Positions 45,105-53,909 of a stretch of 64,000 nucleotides of DNA are shown piece after piece. Under the pieces are notes generated by a model. It worked only from the letters and a program-made list of their open reading frames with translations. It ran no database searches and was not told where the DNA came from. The stretch lies in sequence record MF360958.1; one strand, 5' to 3'. A program made the translations under genes and the position numbers. Every line of letters starts with the position of its first letter. Position 1 is the first letter of the stretch.

Positions 45105-46175
45105 CTATCCTAATGATTTGATCTTGTTAATTTTAAGTCCTTTCTGGTAGTACCTTAATTCTTCTTGATTTAGAAGGTGCTCATTGGCGTATATAGATTC
45201 ATCTTGAGCCAGATACTGATATACTTCTGGTTTAATTTCATCAATCACTTGGAAGCTTACACTTCCATAGGGTTCAATGATGAGTTCATAACCGTAGAAG
45301 TTAACTATGGGTCTATAAAACTCAACCACCTTTGCAAACATTTGTTTGTTTTGTTGTTTGGTTAAATGGTTACTATAGAAATAATATTTAAAAATGATTT
45401 CATAAAATTTTGAACGTGTCAAATAATTCATTGAATAGGATATTTTATACAGTCTATCAAAAACGTGATCACTGTATCCTCCAAGCAATGAATTAACTAC
45501 ACTTAGTTTATTATCACCAATGGAAGCATTGACTTCATGAGTCGCAATTGGATCAAAGACGATTTCTACTTTTGATTTTATTTCACCACTATCGGGATCT
45601 TCATAATTAACTTTTTTAGGACTTAACAGATAATCAAAAAATAATTTAAAAAGACCATAAGTAAAATATTCATCCATAATATTTTCAGATTTTTCATAAG
45701 GATATATTACATGATTGATGAAACCGATTAAAATATTATCTTTATTATACTCTTCAATTGTTAATGATTCCAAAAAATACTCATCAAAATCGTAATAATT
45801 AATAATTTCTTGCTGTTCATCATTTAATAATGTTTCAATAGCATGGTTTAATCCAACATTATTAATATATTCTCTATTTGTTTTGAATATAGAATGGATT
45901 TTTAAAAGCTCAATAAAGATGTTATTAGGGTAATCCGTATTATTAAGTGCACAGTATACGAGAATACCTTGATGGGCAGTATACCAATCGTTAAACATTT
46001 CGGTGAAACAATGAGTTGTGTAATATCGACCCGAATATATGTTTTTAAAAATAATACTGTCCGAGCTTAGTTTATGATAAAAGCTTTTAGATAAAAAATC
46101 AATTTTAGAAATTAAAGATGTTGACGACTCCACAAATAATTTTTTATTTGAAATCAAGACATTAGATTTTGCCAT
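45105..46175 (-). CDS. Hypothetical protein
   Basis: 356-aa ORF co-oriented with the array; basic C-terminus (GLKINKIK). Confidence 0.75.
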   Translation of the reverse strand: MAKSNVLISNKKLFVESSTSLISKIDFLSKSFYHKLSSDSIIFKNIYSGRYYTTHCFTEMFNDWYTAHQGILVYCALNNTDYPNNIFIELLKIHSIFKTNREYINNVGLNHAIETLLNDEQQEIINYYDFDEYFLESLTIEEYNKDNILIGFINHVIYPYEKSENIMDEYFTYGLFKLFFDYLLSPKKVNYEDPDSGEIKSKVEIVFDPIATHEVNASIGDNKLSVVNSLLGGYSDHVFDRLYKISYSMNYLTRSKFYEIIFKYYFYSNHLTKQQNKQMFAKVVEFYRPIVNFYGYELIIEPYGSVSFQVIDEIKPEVYQYLAQDESIYANEHLLNQEELRYYQKGLKINKIKSLG

Positions 46176-46192
46176 AGTATATAATTCCTATT

Positions 46193-47113
46193 TTAAATTA
46201 ATTTTCGATTCACAATAACTGTGTTGTAAGAAAAAACATTTTTATTTCTTTTTAAAAATAAAATAATATGCGTGATTATATATATTGCTATTATTAAAAT
46301 AGCAATATAGTTGATAACTATAATAATATTATGAATAGTATTTGTTGAATGTTCATATATCATGTGATAGTTTATACTATTTTCAATTAAAACAATAAAA
46401 ACTTTTATGAATATTAACAGAACTAGGTATAATTCAACTATATTCATAATGACTGATAAAGGATTCTTAATACATTTTATGAATGCCTTTCGTAAAAATC
46501 CGACCTTGACGCAAAATTGATTATCCATCATTTGATAGTTATCTTCATGATGAACAATCTCATTCTTTCTTAAAGTTTCAAATCGAATATTATTAAATTT
46601 ATTCTTTGATGTATTATTTGCTAAAATAGTTTCAACAACGTTATTTCGATGTTCACAATAAGAACAAATGTTTTTAATATTATTTTCTTTATGATGAAAT
46701 GTAATACATTCTCTACTATGATTCGTGAAACTATCCTTACGTTGCGAATTTGTTGTAATAGTGTTGGTATAGAGAGCTTTGAAGTTCTCAGGTAAATCTT
46801 CGACTAAACTTTTTATTCTTGGTATAACCGTTTGATTAAAATTTGTATTGAACGTACAAATACTATTGATCAAAGATAGAATCAATACAGGTAGCATTAT
46901 AGAGGGAAAAATACCATCCCAAAATAGATTAAAGGAACCATCTGACACACTATGAGAGATATTTGTGATTATAATGAACACAAGACTGGCTGCAATAGCG
47001 TATAAAAATTTATACCACAGCGATCCATTATAAAGACGAATATTGTCTTTAAGAACATTGGGATTGAAATCTACTTGATTATGTAAGAAACGCTTTATAC
47101 TATCTGGAACCAT
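46193..47113 (-). CDS. Hypothetical membrane protein
   Basis: Two hydrophobic segments near the N-terminus and two near the C-terminus. Confidence 0.7.
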   Translation of the reverse strand: MVPDSIKRFLHNQVDFNPNVLKDNIRLYNGSLWYKFLYAIAASLVFIIITNISHSVSDGSFNLFWDGIFPSIMLPVLILSLINSICTFNTNFNQTVIPRIKSLVEDLPENFKALYTNTITTNSQRKDSFTNHSRECITFHHKENNIKNICSYCEHRNNVVETILANNTSKNKFNNIRFETLRKNEIVHHEDNYQMMDNQFCVKVGFLRKAFIKCIKNPLSVIMNIVELYLVLLIFIKVFIVLIENSINYHMIYEHSTNTIHNIIIVINYIAILIIAIYIITHIILFLKRNKNVFSYNTVIVNRKLI

Positions 47114-47182
47114 ATTGCTATTCTCTTTTAATTAATAGCATTACTATACCATTAAAAGGTACTATTATTCAACAAGCATATT

Positions 47183-47845
47183 TTAATTATAAATTATATA
47201 GTCTGAATCGATGGACAGTTTAAGATGTTTGAGTAGTTTATCACTAATCATTAACGTGGGTTTGGTTCTCATTATTTTACTTAATGTGAAACTGTTATAT
47301 ATACAATCCAGTGATTTAAATTGAAATGAATTTATTGAATTTCCATTTGTTGCAAAACCTAATTTATTTAAAACATAGTTGGTATCTTGTAATATTATTT
47401 GATTATTGATTAAATGTTCACCTATATCAGATCGAATAATGGTATTACAATGTTTATAAAAATAGTCACCATTATTTTGAAACGTTATCTGTTTAAATAA
47501 TAAATCAATAAAACATAGATAGTATATTTTATTGATGTTATCTAAATCATAAGTATTTTCTTCAATACTATTAATTAAGCTGCTATCGCTTTGTGTTAAT
47601 TCTGTATGATATGTCTGTTCAAATTCCGTACTAATGGAAAACATTAGATAATCATCGCGGAATCTTATATTTTTGTTTAAAATTAACAAGCATATATTTA
47701 AGAAACTATTTTTAATTATAATATTGTTACTAGGAATATTGCTTGTATTGTATGTAAACCCTTCTGAATGATCAATACAGTTTTGATCGAAGAATTTATT
47801 TAATATCCACTCTGCTACCGGTTTTGTTATTATTATGTTATTCAT
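47183..47845 (-). CDS. Hypothetical protein
   Basis: GGAA RBS; TTGACA-N17-TAACAT at 47900-47872. Confidence 0.7.
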   Translation of the reverse strand: MNNIIITKPVAEWILNKFFDQNCIDHSEGFTYNTSNIPSNNIIIKNSFLNICLLILNKNIRFRDDYLMFSISTEFEQTYHTELTQSDSSLINSIEENTYDLDNINKIYYLCFIDLLFKQITFQNNGDYFYKHCNTIIRSDIGEHLINNQIILQDTNYVLNKLGFATNGNSINSFQFKSLDCIYNSFTLSKIMRTKPTLMISDKLLKHLKLSIDSDYIIYN

Positions 47846-47904
47846 GTATAAGTTCCTAAAATATATAAACTATGTTAATAATCTTTTTGTTAATTGTCAA
47901 TAAT

Positions 47905-47931
47905 AAAAAAGCCCCTCAACTGAGGGGCTTT
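47905..47931 (-). terminator. Intrinsic terminator
   Basis: aaagcccctca-gt-tgaggggctttttt on the minus strand. Confidence 0.85.
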
Positions 47932-47980
47932 CCGCCATCTACATCATCACATACCAATGGGCAAGAAGGAGGAAACCCTT

Positions 47981-48271
47981 TTATGCTTTAACGTAGACAG
48001 CTTGAGGACGGCCTTTACCATCACTTTTGCGTACACCGACCTTTACCACTTTACCAGCACGTTCCAGCGCATTGAGGCGGTTACGCACTGCTGTAGCACT
48101 CATTTTACCTTGCCGTGCAATGTCCTTGGCAGTGACGCCCTGTGTGCCTTGCTCGCTGTTCAGGATGCGAAGTACTGCGTTGCGTGCTTTACGGCCCTTA
48201 GTGCTAAGCGGACGACCACGGCGAGTAGCGGTAACAGTTTGGGTCTGAGTTTGGGTAGTTTCGTTAGTCAT
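47981..48271 (-). CDS. Winged-helix DNA-binding protein with flanking AT-hook-like GRP motifs
   Basis: VTAKDIARQGKMSATAVRNRLNALERAGKV (wHTH); RRGRP and GKGRP; GGAG RBS; about 50% GC by eye. Confidence 0.8.
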   Translation of the reverse strand: MTNETTQTQTQTVTATRRGRPLSTKGRKARNAVLRILNSEQGTQGVTAKDIARQGKMSATAVRNRLNALERAGKVVKVGVRKSDGKGRPQAVYVKA

Positions 48272-48336
48272 AGTGTCAATCTCCTGTACAATTTAGTTTA
48301 GGTGTCTTTGAGGGCTTTTCCTCAAATTCTGTAAAT

Positions 48337-48365
48337 ATTATATCTATAAATATTGCCCTCGTCAA
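48337..48365 (-). promoter_or_regulatory. Near-consensus sigma70 promoter for the wHTH gene
   Basis: TTGACG-N17-TATAAT on the minus strand. Confidence 0.85.
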
Positions 48366-48383
48366 CACCTTTCTACTATTTTT

Positions 48384-49433
48384 CTAGGAAAAAATATCAT
48401 CAAAATCTTCATCCGATTTGATATATGAATTAGAAGCTACTGATAGTGTAGCATTTTTAAATCCATAAAGTTTGATAGCGTTAATAATCTTTCGATTTCG
48501 AGACATAATAGTAACAGATGCCTGTGATCGGGTTTCTCCATCACCAGTAGAGTAATGCGGTTTGGATATACCCCACCGTAAGAACATTGGATTTTGTCGT
48601 TCACAAAAACTACCAAAATTTCTAATAGAATCTAAAACACTTTTGATATTAGCTTCGCCGTGAACATTTACAGTTTCTGCATTCAGAGACACAATCATTT
48701 TAAACATCAAACCATGGTCTTCTGTAAATTCATAAAGTGTACTGTCTTTGCTTTTCTTCACTTTATTATTTTGCATATAATCACAATACTTACTGTATTT
48801 TTCTGGCGACATTGTAATAATAACGTAAGGACTTATTCGAAAATTAAATAGACTTTTAGGATCAACCGTATTAAATATGGCTTTTTGTTTTTCTTCTTTT
48901 AATTGCTCTTTATCTTGTTCATCATTTTCGTCATCACTATAATTATTTTGAATGGTTTTTCCAGTTTCTTTATGTTTTTTAACTTTTGATTGATTTTTCT
49001 TAGATTTTTCATTAAGTTGTTTTATTTTATATTCATCTTTAACAAAGCGCTCATAATAGTTTTCGACATTTTTCAAAGCAACAATGTCTTCTGAAACATT
49101 GTCTTTTTTTTTACTCAAGATAATTAGATTTTCTTTGAAACTATCGTTAAGAGCGGGAATTGTTACTAAATCCAAATTGTATAAATCAATAAGCATTTTA
49201 TGTAGAGAACTTTTTGATTCATAAATCAATACATTATTATAATGATGATATTGTGAAATAACTTCAAGTTTATTTCTTACATGATCATTATCTGTTTTAG
49301 AATCGTGGATTGTGTTTAAAATTTGACTAGGAGACTGTTTTAAAATATCTCCTTTATCCGCGCTGGAAAGGTTATTAGTATACTTCGAACCATCTAGAGA
49401 GGTTGAATTTGAAGAAGGGAATCGACCAAACAT
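48384..49433 (-). CDS. Hypothetical protein
   Basis: 349-aa ORF with GGAG RBS. Confidence 0.75.
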   Translation of the reverse strand: MFGRFPSSNSTSLDGSKYTNNLSSADKGDILKQSPSQILNTIHDSKTDNDHVRNKLEVISQYHHYNNVLIYESKSSLHKMLIDLYNLDLVTIPALNDSFKENLIILSKKKDNVSEDIVALKNVENYYERFVKDEYKIKQLNEKSKKNQSKVKKHKETGKTIQNNYSDDENDEQDKEQLKEEKQKAIFNTVDPKSLFNFRISPYVIITMSPEKYSKYCDYMQNNKVKKSKDSTLYEFTEDHGLMFKMIVSLNAETVNVHGEANIKSVLDSIRNFGSFCERQNPMFLRWGISKPHYSTGDGETRSQASVTIMSRNRKIINAIKLYGFKNATLSVASNSYIKSDEDFDDIFS

Positions 49434-49497
49434 ATAAACTCCAAAATAATCATTATGTTTTCAATAAGTTATGAGAGTATACCATATAAACCAGCTA

Positions 49498-50199
49498 TTA
49501 CAATAGCTTGGAACGTTCATTAATTTCTTTTTGTATATTACTTCGTGTTGCCACTTCATAACGATTGTAAAAATAATCAAGATTAAAGATACGTTCCTTT
49601 TCAAACATACTTTTCAAAAATTGAATTCTTCCTTTGTTAAAATCTTCTTTTGATACCGTATTGCTGTATTCATTAAAAATTCTTTTACCGTCATCTCGAA
49701 AGTCATTGTAGCTTTTACCAAGTGGTGTGAAATCAAGATCAAACATCAGTTGTCCAAGATAGTTACGTCGATTACCACCTTTGTAATCGCCAAAACGTGG
49801 AATATGATCTTTAGAATCTCGAATGACATCACCAATAATTTTCACTTGTGTTTCATTAACAGAAATTTGTCTTAAATAATGCTGAGCAATTTCAGCACTT
49901 TTATCTTCATTATCACCTTCAGTTGCAATGTAAATGACATCATGAAAGATAATAACACAAACTAGTGCAAAAAGATCTTCATTTTTTAGCTTATAAGTAT
50001 CTTCATGACTAATATCTGTCTGATGAGTGTCTAATGTTTTTAGGAGTTCATCAATATGATTGAGATTATGATATCCATTATGCCTAAAACCATATAGTTG
50101 AATAATAAATGATGTATCGAGGTAAGTATCAAGAAAATTGATAGTGTTTTGAATTTCGGGAGAGAATATGTGGAAGCTAAGGTTATCTTTTAGAGTCAT
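49498..50199 (-). CDS. Predicted metal-dependent HD phosphohydrolase (COG4339-like)
   Basis: YHNLNHI, FHDVIY...DNEDKSA, D.D...LG, I..EY......F..GR..FL. Confidence 0.85.
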   Translation of the reverse strand: MTLKDNLSFHIFSPEIQNTINFLDTYLDTSFIIQLYGFRHNGYHNLNHIDELLKTLDTHQTDISHEDTYKLKNEDLFALVCVIIFHDVIYIATEGDNEDKSAEIAQHYLRQISVNETQVKIIGDVIRDSKDHIPRFGDYKGGNRRNYLGQLMFDLDFTPLGKSYNDFRDDGKRIFNEYSNTVSKEDFNKGRIQFLKSMFEKERIFNLDYFYNRYEVATRSNIQKEINERSKLL

Positions 50200-50284
50200 A
50201 AATTAGTCCTGTGAATATTGACAATATTTGATAAGAGTATAACATAAAATAAATATAGATTAAAGTAGATAAAAACAAAATATT

Positions 50285-50803
50285 ATGCCAAGTAAAAATA
50301 AATCAAATGAACAGTATATAAACGAATTAAAAGAACTTTATGGAGTATAACATAAAATAAATATAGATTATAAAGGTATTCAAACTAGAATCTATTTTAA
50401 ATGTTCAAATTGTAACACACAATACAATAGAAATGCGCGTAAATTATTAAGGGGACAGTTTAATTGTAAAAAATGTACAAAACATATTTCAGGTATATCT
50501 CAAGAATGGTTTGAAACATTAGATAATGAAGTTATCTTTGAATATATGTTACCAGAGAATAAAAACTTAATTGTGGATGGGTTTGATCCTGAAACAAATA
50601 CAGTATATCAGTTTCATGGGGATTATTGGCATGGTAATCCAGATGTATATGATCAAAATAGAACACATGGACATCGGAATGTGACTTATAGAGAATTATA
50701 TGAGAACACAAAACGGATTGATAATGAAATTGAAGGCTACGGGTATAATCTAGTAATTATGTGGGAAAATGACTATAGGAGGCAAAGAGCCTCCTATAGA
50801 TAG
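50285..50803 (+). pseudogene. Zn-finger + Vsr/DUF559-like endonuclease (homing-endonuclease type) broken by one in-frame TAA
   Basis: The ATG at 50285 is in frame with the 50546 ORF, with a single TAA at 50348-50350. After the stop the frame reads CSNC...CKKC, then VDGFD...VYQFHGDYWHG...IMWEND. Confidence 0.65.
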
Positions 50804-50841
50804 TCAGGAAAGATAAGGTAGCAAGTTTTACTTGCTACCTT
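50773..50841. terminator. Two long perfect hairpins at the convergence of the endonuclease gene and clpP
   Basis: ctataggaggc-aaaga-gcctcctatag and aaggtagcaagt-ttt-acttgctacctt. Confidence 0.6.
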
Positions 50842-51424
50842 CACCCGGTTCGAGTACTTCATCACAAAGACCAAAATCAAGAGCTTCTTGGGCAGACATA
50901 AAGTTATCTCGATCACATGCTTCATTGATATCTTCTAATGACCTACCGGTACATTCCGCATAGATTTTTTCAAGACGCTCACGAGTCTGTTTAATATGAC
51001 GAGCACGAATTTCAATATCGCTTTGCTGCCCCGAGGCTTGGCCTAGAGGCTGATGCACCATATGTTGCGTTTCAGGAAGCATATAACGCTTACCTTTCGT
51101 ACCCCCACAAGCTGCAATAAAGCTTCCCATGCTTGCTGCAATGCCTGTAACAGTAGTCACGATTTCAGAACGCGCCATACGCATTGTGTTATACATCACC
51201 ATGCCTGCATCAACAGAACCACCGGGGGAATGAATATAGACGTGGATATCATCACTGGAATCGTTATCCAGATACAGTAGCTGAGCAGAAATAAGTTCTG
51301 CCATATGATCATTGACTTCGCCAGTCATAAACACGATGCGATCTTGAAGCATACGTGAATACAGATCCATAGAACGTTCGCCATCACTTGTTCGATTCAG
51401 AACCATTGGTACTAGATTAGCCAT
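50828..51424 (-). CDS. clpP: ClpP protease proteolytic subunit
   Basis: DLYSRMLQDRIVF, YIHSPGGSV, GIAASMG (Ser), MVHQPLG (His), DRDNFMSA.EA..FGL.D. Confidence 0.95.
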   Translation of the reverse strand: MANLVPMVLNRTSDGERSMDLYSRMLQDRIVFMTGEVNDHMAELISAQLLYLDNDSSDDIHVYIHSPGGSVDAGMVMYNTMRMARSEIVTTVTGIAASMGSFIAACGGTKGKRYMLPETQHMVHQPLGQASGQQSDIEIRARHIKQTRERLEKIYAECTGRSLEDINEACDRDNFMSAQEALDFGLCDEVLEPGEGSK

Positions 51425-51490
51425 ACTTTTTCTCCTATTGATTTATGGATTGGTTAAGCATTGTAAGATTTCTGATGTGCCATGTCAAAC

Positions 51491-51886
51491 TTATTCAGAA
51501 GAATTGTTATCTTCAACAATCCCCCAATAGTAGTCGCCATTGTCATCAGCAATTTTATCAATTTTTTGATTCTCGGTAAGAACTTCGCTATCTTCCCCTG
51601 ATTCTCTTAGTTGATTCTCAATAGCACTTACTACGAAGTATTCAATAGCTTGTCCAACATGGGTTTCAATATCTTCAAGCTGTTGTTCGGTAAGATGCTG
51701 TTCGACATTGTTTCCTTCAGAATCAACAATATCATAGTTATGGTCTACATTGATATTACCAGAACCATCATCGTCTTCAATGATATCGGATACGGTGTTG
51801 ATAGTCACGTTTGCTTGGTATCCATTACCAAGATCTAGTTTTATAGGTTCCAATGTGGAATTATCTTCGGATTGGTTTTCGCTCAT
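51491..51886 (-). CDS. Acidic hypothetical protein
   Basis: GAGG RBS; Asp/Glu-rich. Confidence 0.7.
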   Translation of the reverse strand: MSENQSEDNSTLEPIKLDLGNGYQANVTINTVSDIIEDDDGSGNINVDHNYDIVDSEGNNVEQHLTEQQLEDIETHVGQAIEYFVVSAIENQLRESGEDSEVLTENQKIDKIADDNGDYYWGIVEDNNSSE

Positions 51887-51965
51887 AAATTTGCCTCATA
51901 AAGTTGAATATGAGGCAATTATGGTAGAGGTATAAGGTAATGTCAAGTATGAATATATTTTTAAT

Positions 51966-53909
51966 TCATGTAATAATACCTTGATAGCGTGTCATGAAAT
52001 TTACATAATCTGATTTATTCGTAGATTCCATATATTTTAGTGTCTCATCAAAGCCTTTAGATTCAATTAATTTTTTAAGATAGATCACACTGCTGATATC
52101 CAAACGGTCATCTGAATGTTCAAAAGCATTGTTGATAAATTGATAAAGTGCTTTGTGATATTTTTTATCATACTTTTCATCCATAACAACGTCTAATATG
52201 TAAACACTGCGAAGCAGTAGTGTTTTAACATCATCGTAACGATCTTCATAACTTTCACCGCCGAAGAATCGTAATTCGATACGGCCATTTTCAGCATCCA
52301 TGCTTGAAAAGTTGGTGCTGAGATATTTTTCTCTAAGAACACCATACTTGGTTAGTTCATTTTCTACGTATTCAACGATTTGAACCATCATATTATTTTG
52401 AGAAAAATTATTAAAAATATTTTCAATAAGATTTTTCTTTATAAGATTATGAAAATTATTAACTAATTGTTCATAAAGATCGCTGACATTTTCTCGTTCA
52501 GGAAAAATTTCAAGGATATACTCATATTGTTGGAGCAATATAAATTTAGCCAAATCGCGAGAAGCCATATTGGATTTTTGTTTAGAGCTTATTGAAATGT
52601 GTAAGCCTGAATCATCATGAGTTTGGAGTTGATCAGTTTTTGAAATTTTATTAAAAGCGATTTTTAGATTTTGCAGTGCGCTTTCAACGTCCATAGGATA
52701 GGTGATAACTTCAATTTGATCACCCTGTTCTTCCACAACAACATCACTTTGATTAGGGACAAAATCTTCTAAATCCGAATCACTCCCTTTTTTTGATATT
52801 TGTTGCTCGACATATTCATAATCCATAACGTATAATTTTTGTTCATTACAATATTTCTCGATGAAATTCTTGTCTATTTTGATATTAGTTGTTAATGAAT
52901 AATCTAATGGGTTCCCGCCTGTAGACCTCAAGATAGAATATATTTTTTTCATAGTGTCTTCTACAGAAACAGAATCATCTTCATTATAGTAATTATATAG
53001 ATCGTTTTGTAAAACATCGAAAGCTGTTTTAATAAATTTAGGACAGTAATCGCTATTTGGGTTTATAAAAGGTTCATTTGTATCAGTGGTATTATTAATT
53101 TCTTCATTAATGCTATTAATGAATTCATCTTTATCGATATCGTATTTTTCGAATGATTTAACAATAATATTTAACTGGTCGGTGTAAAGCTCGTCACTGA
53201 ACATATCATCTTGAACTTGAGAATCATGCTTATTAAGATATTTCATTATCTTTTCACTATCTCTTACAAATTGTCTTTCATCATCTTCATCGTTTTCAAC
53301 ATTCTTTGATATATTTTTACCGAGATCATTGATTGCTCTCATAAAGGTATGAAATAATGAATATTCACCGGTATCGCCTGTAATAACTGGATCATAAACA
53401 ATAGTTAAATAGTCACGTAAAAATGCAACCTGATCACTATTATCTAAAGATTCTTCATCATTTTCGATGTTATAAATATCATAGGATGTTGCACTATCAG
53501 CGTTAGCTGTTGAAATATAGATCACAGGAGTAGTAATAGGTAAATCATCATCCAATTGTAATACAGCAATGCCTTCATTTGAAAGTTCTGATGAAAGTGT
53601 CTTCCAAAATGTTTCTGGATCACCTTTTTCGATAATCCCTTCATTTTCATACATTCCGAAAATAATTTCATCTAATGAAAAATCATCTAACGAGCCGCTA
53701 TTGTATAATCTCTTTGTGAGATCATCTTCGTCTTCATCTTCCTCATCAGACAGATATGAAGAGGCACCGCCTTCAATATGAAATTCATATTCAATACCGA
53801 CTTTGTAATGATCTGACAGGCTTAAAACATATTGTTCTTCTTTTGAACCATAACGAACGCCTTCTTGAATAGTTCTATTATTTTTTATATGTTCGAATTT
53901 CATATTCAT
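51966..53909 (-). CDS. Putative amidoligase (COOH-NH2 ligase, Amidoligase_2-like), paralog 2
   Basis: VGIEYEF, IEVITYP, DSGLHISIS, KY.S.NF, GRIELRFFGG; N-terminal IQE cleavage motif. Confidence 0.7.
   Translation of the reverse strand: MNMKFEHIKNNRTIQEGVRYGSKEEQYVLSLSDHYKVGIEYEFHIEGGASSYLSDEEDEDEDDLTKRLYNSGSLDDFSLDEIIFGMYENEGIIEKGDPETFWKTLSSELSNEGIAVLQLDDDLPITTPVIYISTANADSATSYDIYNIENDEESLDNSDQVAFLRDYLTIVYDPVITGDTGEYSLFHTFMRAINDLGKNISKNVENDEDDERQFVRDSEKIMKYLNKHDSQVQDDMFSDELYTDQLNIIVKSFEKYDIDKDEFINSINEEINNTTDTNEPFINPNSDYCPKFIKTAFDVLQNDLYNYYNEDDSVSVEDTMKKIYSILRSTGGNPLDYSLTTNIKIDKNFIEKYCNEQKLYVMDYEYVEQQISKKGSDSDLEDFVPNQSDVVVEEQGDQIEVITYPMDVESALQNLKIAFNKISKTDQLQTHDDSGLHISISSKQKSNMASRDLAKFILLQQYEYILEIFPERENVSDLYEQLVNNFHNLIKKNLIENIFNNFSQNNMMVQIVEYVENELTKYGVLREKYLSTNFSSMDAENGRIELRFFGGESYEDRYDDVKTLLLRSVYILDVVMDEKYDKKYHKALYQFINNAFEHSDDRLDISSVIYLKKLIESKGFDETLKYMESTNKSDYVNFMTRYQGIIT

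Noticed and set aside
47957-48301. Plus-strand ORFs 47957-48301 and 48027-48248
   Set aside because: Shadows of the GC-rich wHTH gene; promoter, RBS and terminator all point to the minus strand.
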